Shown here piece after piece: positions 29,368-38,581 of a DNA stretch of 64,000 nt. The DNA lies in contig CP070761.1 of NCBI GenBank assembly GCA_020348985.1, positions 979,713-1,043,712 of the forward strand, read 5' to 3'. Origin of the DNA: Candidatus Thorarchaeota archaeon. GTDB taxonomy: Archaea; Asgardarchaeota; Thorarchaeia; Thorarchaeales; Thorarchaeaceae. Position 1 is the first letter of the stretch; each line of letters starts with the position of its first letter. The notes beneath the pieces were generated by a model. That model made no database searches, had not been told where the DNA came from, and saw only the letters and a list, made by a program, of their open reading frames with translations. The translations under genes and the position numbers were made by a program.

Positions 29368-29964
29368 ATGACCGAACCTACAGTTTTCCACATCCAGAAA
29401 GGCAACCTAGTAAGAATGGTGGACCCTGGAGCATTTGGAAGAGGGGACTGCTATCTAGTCGACGCAGGAATGAAGCTGTACATATGGATTGGTCCCAACA
29501 GCTCGGTCGACGAGAAGTTCTTGGCTGCAGCGGAAGCAGTCTTTCGAGATACGGCACTGAAGGGCGATGCAGACATTGATCACATTGATGGTGGAGATGA
29601 ACCCGAAGAGTTCAAGGCACTCTTTGACGACTTCAAACTCACGGATGAGGATACAGAAGGGATTCTGAAGAAGGTCCAGCTAGAGAAACGGGAACACAAA
29701 CTCTGGCGTGTTCATCATGAAGGTGATGACACGTTCTTTGCAGAGGTCCCTATGGCACGTGAGTCCCTCAGGAGCGACGATGTCTTCATCTTAGACACGT
29801 TCGATGACATCTTCGTCTGGCGCGGGGCTGAGGCAAGTGCCCGCGAGAAGTTTGACGCAACTATGATTGCACGTAGGTACGATGCGGAAAGAGTGGGCGT
29901 CCAAGAGATTGAACTGATAGAAGAGGGGAGTGAACCACAGGACTTCCTAGACCTGCTTGGATAA
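29368..29964 (+). CDS. Two-domain gelsolin-like actin-binding protein
   Basis: Two repeats: GDCYLVD....YIWIG..S..DE...EPEEF..LF and SDDVFILD....FVWRG..AS..E...EG.EP..F. Confidence 0.9.
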   Translation: MTEPTVFHIQKGNLVRMVDPGAFGRGDCYLVDAGMKLYIWIGPNSSVDEKFLAAAEAVFRDTALKGDADIDHIDGGDEPEEFKALFDDFKLTDEDTEGILKKVQLEKREHKLWRVHHEGDDTFFAEVPMARESLRSDDVFILDTFDDIFVWRGAEASAREKFDATMIARRYDAERVGVQEIELIEEGSEPQDFLDLLG

Positions 29965-29970
29965 TACTGC

Positions 29971-31395
29971 TCACAGCACCATCCGGTATCTCCCAGGACG
30001 CGGCTCATATACTACACCTGCACTTTTCATGTCGGAGAGAGTCTTTGCCGCCTCATGAGTCTGGACATTGGCCTCTCTTGCGATCTCGTCAAGTGTAGGT
30101 CCCAAGGAACCTCTTTTTCCTGTGTCTAGCCTTTCTAGCGCACGCCACACCTTTGAGTTGAACTCATGTAGGCGAGCAGAGTTCCCATACTTTTGAATTG
30201 AGTCCGCTTTGAACTGTGACAGTTCGATGAACTCCTTGAGAGCAGGTTCTAGTACACGATTCCAAGACGCTTGCAAATCCTTGGAAGTAACCTTGTCCCT
30301 CCATCCTGCTCGTGCTGAAGATCTGGCAATTCTGAGGGTACTGAGCGGCCGGCCCAACGAGTCTGCGTCCAACAGTCCACCTCTACCTAGAACAATCTCA
30401 TCAAAACCAAAGCTCTCTCTGAGAATATCTATGCGGGAGATTACGTGTTTCGTAGCGGAATCGACCGATCGCGATGCGACTGCAGGATTCAGCATATGAC
30501 TAGTGATGACCGCTTTGATAATCGGAAGCCTTAGCTCTTGGGCGTTGCTACTTTCGACCCAGAAATCCTCCGCTGCTAGTGCGAGAGGCACATCAGGAAG
30601 TGTCGCCGTCGTTGTAGTCGTCAATGCCGCTATTGAGACCTCGGAGAATCCGGCAGAATCTATTCGTTCAACGCAAGGTTTGAACATGTCCGCCTTGGAG
30701 AGCTGTCCTATCTCAAATCGCCAACTTCGATTTGATAGAACAGGGATTCCACCGACTATCCGTGTGGTCCTGCTCCTACGGCGTAGAGCAGGCGGTAGAA
30801 TGTTCCTCATGAAGGAGAGCAGTCTCTGAACCTGTGGACGGGATGCAATCGCTTGAATTCCTGCCGTCATCCCACCAATGTGTCCTTCATATGGCGGACT
30901 TGAAACAAAGAGTCGTGCAAAGACTCTCTTGCTTGCCTCGGCCATGCCCACATGCTCAAAGAGCAGACTGGAGAGTTGCCTGAGTCCTAGAGGAGGATCA
31001 ATCTCGGACAGAACATCAACAGGTAACATTTCGATCGATTCGACAAGGAATGCCCTCTGTAATCCTATCTCGGACAAAGAGATACTGTTGGCAAGGACTT
31101 CAACGCGAGCACCGTCAGGGGGATGGTTGATGCCTTCCGTGAGGTATAGAAAGACTCCACCGTGCATCCAAGGGCTGGGAGTCAACAGCACTATCGACCT
31201 ATTCCTAGTTTGGCGAGCAAATCCGCGTAGTCGATATGAGCGACCGCCTGCTCTATCTATGAATTGGCGCTGATATCGTAGCTCCCACGATGCCAGCTGG
31301 GCGCCGAACTCTCTGTCAAACAGATCGCTTGAAGCGATAACATCGCCCAGTCTGTCTCTGGTCATGTCTTTGGAGAGCAAGCGATCATTGTCCAT
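29971..31395 (-). CDS. Degenerate MCM-like protein (OB-like segment, inactivated AAA+, C-terminal wHTH)
   Basis: PDGARVEV OB segment, RPLSTLRIARSSARA..RDKVT..D sensor-II helix and G.VYEPRPGRY wHTH end; no Walker A/B. Confidence 0.6.
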   Translation of the reverse strand: MDNDRLLSKDMTRDRLGDVIASSDLFDREFGAQLASWELRYQRQFIDRAGGRSYRLRGFARQTRNRSIVLLTPSPWMHGGVFLYLTEGINHPPDGARVEVLANSISLSEIGLQRAFLVESIEMLPVDVLSEIDPPLGLRQLSSLLFEHVGMAEASKRVFARLFVSSPPYEGHIGGMTAGIQAIASRPQVQRLLSFMRNILPPALRRRSRTTRIVGGIPVLSNRSWRFEIGQLSKADMFKPCVERIDSAGFSEVSIAALTTTTTATLPDVPLALAAEDFWVESSNAQELRLPIIKAVITSHMLNPAVASRSVDSATKHVISRIDILRESFGFDEIVLGRGGLLDADSLGRPLSTLRIARSSARAGWRDKVTSKDLQASWNRVLEPALKEFIELSQFKADSIQKYGNSARLHEFNSKVWRALERLDTGKRGSLGPTLDEIAREANVQTHEAAKTLSDMKSAGVVYEPRPGRYRMVL

Positions 31396-31488
31396 GCCTT
31401 GATTTCACAACCCTATACTTCGTTCTACATCGTTGTTCCTGTAAAAGGCTTCTAAAGGCCGTATGGAGGTGTTCACAACCGGCACAAT

Positions 31489-32610
31489 CTAGGTTTGCCT
31501 CAACTCTTCGAATCGATGACAACGAACCCAGTATCCTGATTCGACTTCCCGATACTCAGGGACTTCTTCCTTACAGATTTCTGAAGTGTGTTCACATCTT
31601 GTTTGAAAGACACACCCGGAGGGAAGATCTACTGGATTTGGAGGAGGACCAGTTATGCCCCGAAGACGTTGTCCCTTCTCCTTCATACGTCTAATCATTT
31701 CCATTGTCGGGAACGCCATCAGAAAGGCCTCTGAAAATGGATGGCCAGGCTCATTGAGGACACGTGATGTATCGCCATATTCGACAATATGACCGCCAGT
31801 CATGACAGCAATCTTGTCAGCAGTCTCAGCGACAACGGCCCGGTTGTTGCTAATTACCAAGAAGGAAAGGCCCATCTCTTCCTTTGCGATTCTCAGTGCG
31901 TCAAGTATCCATCTCTGTACGGTTGAATCAACAGCCGTCGTTGGTTCATCAGCGATGACCAAAGAGGGATTTGGAATCAAAGCCATGGCAGTAAGCATTC
32001 GTTGAGATTCACCAACACTAAGACTTCCTGGATTGTCGATCAAGTCGTCGATCTCCAGATCAACAAGATCGAGGGTTTCCAGGACTCTTCTCCTGACCTC
32101 TTTCTCCGGAACACTATAGTCTTGTGCACGCAGCGCGTCAAGAGCCTGGGTCCAAAGACCGACAGTCGGATTGAGTGACTGAGATGTTCCCTGAGGAATG
32201 TATGTTATATCGCTTCCAATGATTTTCCGCCGCTCCTCTTTGTCCATGGTTAGGAGGTTCCTTCTATCAAAAACGATCTCGCCCTCTAAGCCCGGCAAGT
32301 CTTGGCCAATATCCTCAGAAGTAAGTCCTTTGCTTCGTGCGTCCTCACGGAGTGCCCAGAGATCTTTCGATTCTTTGTCGGCGCTTGAGGATGAATGAGA
32401 TCTAGCGATAGTCTCGAAGATTCCAAGGATTGCCAGTGCAACTGAGGACTTTCCTGATCCAGACTCTCCGAAAAGACCGACAGTCTCCCCTTTGTGCACC
32501 TTCAGACAAATGTCATTGACTGATTTGACAAGCTGGCCCCGGACAAGATAGTATGCCTTGAGACCTCTAATCTCAAGAATCGGAATCTCCCCAGATGGCA
32601 TATACTGCAT
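31489..32610 (-). CDS. Oligopeptide/dipeptide ABC transporter ATP-binding protein (OppD-like), orphan
   Basis: GESGSGKS, IADEPTTA.D and C-terminal GC.F..RC....C...P...V.CH motifs. Confidence 0.88.
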   Translation of the reverse strand: MQYMPSGEIPILEIRGLKAYYLVRGQLVKSVNDICLKVHKGETVGLFGESGSGKSSVALAILGIFETIARSHSSSSADKESKDLWALREDARSKGLTSEDIGQDLPGLEGEIVFDRRNLLTMDKEERRKIIGSDITYIPQGTSQSLNPTVGLWTQALDALRAQDYSVPEKEVRRRVLETLDLVDLEIDDLIDNPGSLSVGESQRMLTAMALIPNPSLVIADEPTTAVDSTVQRWILDALRIAKEEMGLSFLVISNNRAVVAETADKIAVMTGGHIVEYGDTSRVLNEPGHPFSEAFLMAFPTMEMIRRMKEKGQRLRGITGPPPNPVDLPSGCVFQTRCEHTSEICKEEVPEYREVESGYWVRCHRFEELRQT

Positions 32611-32665
32611 TCGTTAACGATTGCACAAATATCCTGCGAACAGCGCTTTGAGCAAGCCGACGCCG

Positions 32666-33631
32666 TCAGGATGCCCTATCTTGTTTCGTTCTCTGACGAA
32701 GATACTCCTTGTAGGCTCGTGGATACATCGCTCCCAGTTCCTCTATTGAGGGAAGCCTGTCGGAATAAGGAATATAAAACTGGCCAGGTTTCACGCTCCA
32801 GACTTCTTGGTCTATGATTTCCCGCAGTTGCTTATTGATTTCAAAGCCAATGAAGTGTCTCCAGTTGCCGCGAGCGGCTGCGGCTGTGGTTCCATTTCCC
32901 ATGAATGGATCCAGGACCAAATCACCAGGCTGAGATGAGAAGTCAATACATCGCTGAACAACCTGTAAGGGTAGCTTCGTGCTATTCTTCGATTGCCCGG
33001 GTCTGTAATCTCGATTTATGATCCAGACATCTTCAGGGTAGTTCTCCCATTTGTTGAAGAAGTAGTTCTTTGGATCATTTGTGAAGAGAATCAAATGATA
33101 ATGGCTTGTCACGAATCTTCTCTTAGTGAATACACCGAACTGATACTTCCAGATGATGTGGTTCATCATGGCAAGTCCTGCTTTGCGCGCGGATCTGAGA
33201 ATGTCCTCGAGATTGTTCCACCCGCTGAATATGTAGGCTGAGCCCGTGTCTTTCAGAATACGCGGAATCTCACCAATCCATTCGCTTGTGAATTGATCAT
33301 AGGAAGAGAGGACTTCTTCATAGCCTTCAACAACTCTTGTACCATCGCGATTGTACATACTGCTCTTGCCATCGAAATCAATTCCAAACGGCGGATCTGC
33401 AACAATCAGATCAATGGAATCAGAAGGTAGATCTCGCATTCCTTTGACACAGTCTACATACCGGACAGAGTCGAGCTTGACGTCATCTCTGGAACGTGAA
33501 TTCTCGTAGAGATTCTTTGCCTCCTCAGCGGACCAGTCAAAGTCCGGGCGAAAGAAGAACTTCGCTAGATGCGGAACATACTTCCGCCTAAGTCCATCCT
33601 GGGACTTCTTCTGGTCGGTAGATTCATCCAT
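32666..33631 (-). CDS. Site-specific DNA methyltransferase (N4/N6, beta class), orphan
   Basis: DL...DPPF motif IV precedes LDPFMGNGTT motif I. Confidence 0.9.
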   Translation of the reverse strand: MDESTDQKKSQDGLRRKYVPHLAKFFFRPDFDWSAEEAKNLYENSRSRDDVKLDSVRYVDCVKGMRDLPSDSIDLIVADPPFGIDFDGKSSMYNRDGTRVVEGYEEVLSSYDQFTSEWIGEIPRILKDTGSAYIFSGWNNLEDILRSARKAGLAMMNHIIWKYQFGVFTKRRFVTSHYHLILFTNDPKNYFFNKWENYPEDVWIINRDYRPGQSKNSTKLPLQVVQRCIDFSSQPGDLVLDPFMGNGTTAAAARGNWRHFIGFEINKQLREIIDQEVWSVKPGQFYIPYSDRLPSIEELGAMYPRAYKEYLRQRTKQDRAS

Positions 33632-33720
33632 TGACTACAGCTCACCTGAAAGAGGCTCTACGCTACTACTTCAGCAAGGCCAGCTGATAAGATTATGCCA
33701 TTGCGTTTGAGCGTAAGTCA

Positions 33721-34803
33721 CTACCAAAGGTCGGAGGGGTCTACTCCTCGTGATATTGCCTTCTGAGTCATCCAGTCCGTGAACTTCTCAGGAGGTTCGT
33801 GCTTCTTGTCGCTTCTGGGTGCCAGACTAAGTGCGCCTTCAGGGCAGACTGTTGTACAGACACCACAACCAATGCAGGTGTTCTTGTCAATCTCCAGTAT
33901 GTCTCCTGGCACGCTCAGAGCGTCAAATTGGCATCGTTCAATACAGGTCTCACAGCCAGTGCAAAGATCCTCATCGACATAAGCGAGGAAGTTGGACTTT
34001 ACAAAAGCATGTGGTGCACCAGATTCGTAAACACCCCTAAGGATGCTACAACAACAAGTACAGCAATTGCAAATGTAAGTATGTCCAGTTTGGATGTTCA
34101 TAGTGCAGTGAACCAACCCTGCTTCTTCCGCCTCTCGGAGATGCTGAAGAGATTCTTCCTTAGTGATTGCTCTGATCGTGCGATTATCGTCAAACGCATT
34201 CTCTTTTTTGGGTGCGAATGTAAGACAAATAGAAGTGGGATACTTGCAGGTGTTGTCAAGAAGAGCTTGCTGCGTCCTGCAGATGCAATCCTGTACACCC
34301 CACGATTTTGAGTTCTCTACTATCTGCTCTGCAACTTCATACGGGTACACTTCAAGCTCTGTGTCGATAGCTCGATTAACTGGAAGGACTTGGAAAAGCT
34401 CCGGCTTTGTGCCAAAGAGATCTCCCCCCTTGCTCTTTAGGAAAAGATCCTCTGAGAGCTTGGCAAACTCAGAGTCCATTCTGCCTAGCTGTTCTTCGAA
34501 GATGCCGATGACATATGGGATTAGGCAGTACCGCCTTCCTGTGCTCGAATTCCAGGCATGTATCTGTCCTTTCTCCGCCATGGTTTCGAGGATTGTTACG
34601 AGATTGCCTGGTTCTCTATCTAGACGCGTAGCCATTTCCTCAACCGTTTCGCCTCGAAGCCTCATGTTGCTGGCAAGTTCTGCCTCCTCCGGAGTGAAGA
34701 TCCATTTCAACACCTTGAGATGGGTTCCATCTTCAGTTTGAGGAAAGCTGTTGGGAATCTTGTCGAGTACGTCCGCAAGTCTTTGATATACATCGTCAGT
34801 CAT
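33721..34803 (-). CDS. Multi-Fe-S cluster protein with C-terminal 2x[4Fe-4S] domain
   Basis: IFTPEEA.LA, C.CR, ICNCC.CCC and two CxxCxxCxxxC motifs. Confidence 0.85.
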   Translation of the reverse strand: MTDDVYQRLADVLDKIPNSFPQTEDGTHLKVLKWIFTPEEAELASNMRLRGETVEEMATRLDREPGNLVTILETMAEKGQIHAWNSSTGRRYCLIPYVIGIFEEQLGRMDSEFAKLSEDLFLKSKGGDLFGTKPELFQVLPVNRAIDTELEVYPYEVAEQIVENSKSWGVQDCICRTQQALLDNTCKYPTSICLTFAPKKENAFDDNRTIRAITKEESLQHLREAEEAGLVHCTMNIQTGHTYICNCCTCCCSILRGVYESGAPHAFVKSNFLAYVDEDLCTGCETCIERCQFDALSVPGDILEIDKNTCIGCGVCTTVCPEGALSLAPRSDKKHEPPEKFTDWMTQKAISRGVDPSDLW

Positions 34804-34888
34804 TGTGTTTTCCTACATTGATGTTTTGGAGTTCGTGGCCTGAATCTTTGGAAATCCATCTTATTAAGGGACTGTTCTTAATCTAGAA

Positions 34889-36226
34889 TCATGCCGGGCA
34901 CTGCAGTGTGATTCCAATCGGCCCGAGCTCATAATTGACTCGAACAATTGCATCACTGCACTCGACGCCTCTTCCCAGGAGAGCGAGCAGGAGAATCTGT
35001 TGGTAAGGTGGTAGGTATGGAATCCCACTGGCCTTTAGAACCGCTGAGTAGGATTCTCTAACGTCATCTCGTTCTAGACAGGACTCAAGCTGTTTTAGTG
35101 TAGCCTTGTTTTCGAGGAGCATCTCAGAGATTTTCTTCAGGAATATATCCTTTGGAACATTTACTGATGGGCCAAACAACCTCTCTACATTAGCCTCGAA
35201 CCAGTCACGAAGCTGTTCGACTGTGTAGTGAGGAATGACTGTTGGAGGGTTTCCTGCTTCATCTGCGGCAAGAACCCTGACGAGACCCCGTTTTTCAGCC
35301 GAAATCACGAAATCAGTCATGCGTTGGTAGCCAATGTCCTCGTACTCCACACCACTTTCCTCGAGTCCCTCGTCCAAGGCTTGAATCTCTGTGGAAGCAC
35401 CTTGGTCAACTCGGTCTTCGACAAGCTTGACGAAAGTCTCATACGCGGTCTTGGTTTCATTGACAATCTTTACTGTCTCAGGTGTGACACTCTCGGGAAC
35501 AGTCAGTAGGGTCCCAGGCAGGGTTCCCTCCAGTGAAACATATCCTTCACTCTCGGCCCACTCTAGGAACTCTGTCCAACCAGAGAAGCCCATGAGGATT
35601 TCGTTAAAGTCAGGGTTGAGTGACACCATCACGTGTTTGACATGGCCCATTCCTGGCTTGTTCCCAGCGTCAACAACGGCACGAATCGCTTCCTGGAGCT
35701 TAACTGCGACAATCCTGCGATACTCATCAGAGCCCATTAAGCTGGCATCACATTCACTGGGATCTCTGCACTCGATGGCCGACGGCCGATACGAATGGAT
35801 GTCGGTATACTTTGTAGCCAAATCAAAAAGGTCGGACGCGGTTATCAAAGGGTTGCTGATGAGCCAGATTTGCAGGCCCTTCTGTCGAAGTGCTCCCAAT
35901 ACAAGCTTGAAATCACCATCACCAGTAATCAGGACGTAATTTGTTGTCTCTGAGTAGTGCATCAGGTGATCAATGATGTATGCAGCCATTTTGTAGTCTG
36001 CTGCATTCTCGGTGTCAGATGGAATATGGACGAGATCATATCCCAGTGAATAGAGGTCTTCAGCAAGCTCACGTCGATTATCCCAATCTGCAAATGCATA
36101 CATTCTGTCGACAGTGCCCAGAGAATGGATTGCCTCGGTCATCGTTCGGTGCGTATCACTATCGTCGTGAACGTTTTCAACATCCCAGAAGACAGCTAGA
36201 TGCGTAGCACTATCTGTTTCGGTCAA
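34889..36226 (-). CDS. NYN (PIN-like) domain protein with OST-HTH/LOTUS-like repeats
   Basis: VFWDVEN, NAAD and ITGDGDF acidic residues; PDF.E...GF..W.EFL and Y...GY..M.DF LOTUS-like segments. Confidence 0.82.
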   Translation of the reverse strand: MTETDSATHLAVFWDVENVHDDSDTHRTMTEAIHSLGTVDRMYAFADWDNRRELAEDLYSLGYDLVHIPSDTENAADYKMAAYIIDHLMHYSETTNYVLITGDGDFKLVLGALRQKGLQIWLISNPLITASDLFDLATKYTDIHSYRPSAIECRDPSECDASLMGSDEYRRIVAVKLQEAIRAVVDAGNKPGMGHVKHVMVSLNPDFNEILMGFSGWTEFLEWAESEGYVSLEGTLPGTLLTVPESVTPETVKIVNETKTAYETFVKLVEDRVDQGASTEIQALDEGLEESGVEYEDIGYQRMTDFVISAEKRGLVRVLAADEAGNPPTVIPHYTVEQLRDWFEANVERLFGPSVNVPKDIFLKKISEMLLENKATLKQLESCLERDDVRESYSAVLKASGIPYLPPYQQILLLALLGRGVECSDAIVRVNYELGPIGITLQCPA

Positions 36227-36409
36227 ATGACCACCACCTGGATTCGAGTGTCAGGGACAGGCTAATAGGATTGTCGAATGCGAGCTGTTCAGACTGTTTC
36301 GAGACGAATAACAGACCACATGTCATCTAAGGAGATTTGAGAGGCTGCAGTCATACCAATCGTCTTGCTTTAGACCCAGATACTGGGCCTGGAGCGCTTG
36401 GTCAGACTC

Positions 36410-37258
36410 TCAAGGCAATTCTACAGTGGATACAACTGGCAGATGATCGCTTCCTAACGCAGATGAAATGACCCAGCATGACACAACATTGATGTCAGGA
36501 CTAACCCAGATGTAGTCAATTCGTTCATAAGGCCCGATGCTTGGCCATGTGAAGCCTTCTGGGGGGTTGAGTACGTTTCCGGCTGCGGTCCATGTATCAT
36601 TGAGATGTTCTGAGATATCTTCATAGATCGTATCGTTTTCGCTGACAACACCAGGCTCTGGTTCTCCTGTCGGCTGGGTATTGAAATCTCCCATCAGTAC
36701 CTTTGGGAATGGAGCAGCATTCACAATACCCATCACCTCTTCGGCCTGTGTGGTTCGATCGACGTAGGAGAGTCCCAAATGTACCACGAAGACTGTCAAT
36801 TGCGTGGCTCCAACTTCGACAGTTGCTTCAATGAGGACGCGAGGCAATTCCTCGTGCGAAAGCAAATGATAGGTGGCATTTGCGATTGGATACTTCGATA
36901 GTAGCGCAACCCCTATAATCTGTTCACTGGAGGGCGGGCCATAGTAGCTGTACATGTTCAACTCATTCGCAAGCCAGAGGATTGTGTCTATGTTCATCGA
37001 GCTAATCCTGGTGGTATCACATTCCTGAAGACCGATTATGTCAGCATTTCCGGCGACGATTGTGTCTCTAATGGCCTCAAGATTGATAGCTCCTTCGGGG
37101 GTGTAGCCCTGATAGATGTTGTATGTCATCAGAGCAAGCGGTTGAGTCGGAGTTGTATCGGGTGTAGGCGGCAGCGTCTGCACGAGACCAATCATGGAAC
37201 CCAAGAGGAAGATGATGGACAAGAATACCGTGATTCTGAACGTATTTGTAGAACTCAT
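36410..37258 (-). CDS. Endonuclease/exonuclease/phosphatase family protein (CWH43/PGAP2IP C-terminal-like), N-terminal TM
   Basis: MTYNI, DIIGLQECD, G.A.LSKYPI, MGDFN, RIDYI and SDH motifs. Confidence 0.88.
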   Translation of the reverse strand: MSSTNTFRITVFLSIIFLLGSMIGLVQTLPPTPDTTPTQPLALMTYNIYQGYTPEGAINLEAIRDTIVAGNADIIGLQECDTTRISSMNIDTILWLANELNMYSYYGPPSSEQIIGVALLSKYPIANATYHLLSHEELPRVLIEATVEVGATQLTVFVVHLGLSYVDRTTQAEEVMGIVNAAPFPKVLMGDFNTQPTGEPEPGVVSENDTIYEDISEHLNDTWTAAGNVLNPPEGFTWPSIGPYERIDYIWVSPDINVVSCWVISSALGSDHLPVVSTVELP

Positions 37259-38448
37259 TCCACCGCCTCCTGTGTAAGAAGTCTCGGTGATGCCAATAGA
37301 GATGAGAGAATCAGAAGACTGAATGCTAGGACGACTATGTAAGGTGAGAACCCTTCCAGTGCGGGCAGTACCTGTCCTGCGACGAATGACAGAACGAAGA
37401 ATAGTGTGAAGAAGAGCAGAAAAGTCATTCCTATGAGATGAAAAATGCCGCTACTTGACAGGCGGCCACCAGACCTGTTCAGATAGCTCCATAAGACTCC
37501 TAGGTCCATCAGCAGCACAAATGACCCAAGACCTGCTACAATACCCGCTAAAGGAGAATGAAAGAGAATCAGGTCAGCCGCCGCCAGAGCCAAGAATGCG
37601 TTTGCCACCAACACTCCGTCAATTCGTTTCATGATGCACCTAAATGACGGATGATGAACCACGATTGCATAAAGCAGCGTTCCAATCAGGATCATTACGA
37701 GTGAGGTTTCGTAGTCAGTGCCAGTCCATCTGGCGACACTACTGGGATATGCAAAGAATGACGTTACGAGAAACATGAATCCACCAAAGCCCGCTCCAAG
37801 AAACACGATCATGAGTCTTGATCCCATTCCTTCCGAGAACTGTGCGTCTTCCAAAACAGCACCCTTGTTGTCCTTGTACACAATACAAAGCACTATGAAT
37901 GCCACCGCCGAAAGAACAGCACTCACAAGAATGCCGGAATATCCGACTGTGAAATCCCAGGTTGCCCCCAACGCCCTGAACATAATGTCACATGCCAAGG
38001 CTAATGCAAAGCCGGCAACAGTCATTTCTGACCGAGAAGGGATACTAGTTGGATAGTCCACAGGATTAATCGCCATTGTTGAGGGAAGATAGACACCGTA
38101 GAAAGCCGTCAGGAGTCCAGCCACTAGGAGGGCTAATGAAGCATAACCAGCAACAAAGGGCAATGCCAGTCGAAGGGCAACAATTCCCATGCCGGTCACG
38201 ATAGTTAACATGAATGATCCAAATCGTTTCAAGATAAAGACAGCAATTGGCGAAAGCAATAGGAACACATACAGAACAGAGATTCCTATGGCCATTGCAC
38301 CAAGATTCTGGAAGTAGATTTGACCAATGAAGACCCTGAGCGATTCCAAAAAGAACAGCGTCATCATCATCGGTTGAACCAAATCCCGAAGAAGGACAGG
38401 TCCTTCATCTCCAAAAACTCGTTGAGATAATTGAGTCTGTACAGTCAT
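37255..38448 (-). CDS. Multi-pass membrane protein coupled to the downstream EEP phosphodiesterase
   Basis: About 11-12 hydrophobic segments; ATGA overlap with the next gene. Confidence 0.75.
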   Translation of the reverse strand: MTVQTQLSQRVFGDEGPVLLRDLVQPMMMTLFFLESLRVFIGQIYFQNLGAMAIGISVLYVFLLLSPIAVFILKRFGSFMLTIVTGMGIVALRLALPFVAGYASLALLVAGLLTAFYGVYLPSTMAINPVDYPTSIPSRSEMTVAGFALALACDIMFRALGATWDFTVGYSGILVSAVLSAVAFIVLCIVYKDNKGAVLEDAQFSEGMGSRLMIVFLGAGFGGFMFLVTSFFAYPSSVARWTGTDYETSLVMILIGTLLYAIVVHHPSFRCIMKRIDGVLVANAFLALAAADLILFHSPLAGIVAGLGSFVLLMDLGVLWSYLNRSGGRLSSSGIFHLIGMTFLLFFTLFFVLSFVAGQVLPALEGFSPYIVVLAFSLLILSSLLASPRLLTQEAVE

Positions 38449-38581
38449 GACTGATGCGCCCTTTCCATCCAAAGCGACTTCCTTGAGGGGCCAATCTGTC
38501 CAATATACTTTCGCGCTCACGCACCAATTGACAAATCATTTGACTAACGGGATGACAACGTCCGGTATTTCTGAAGAGAAT

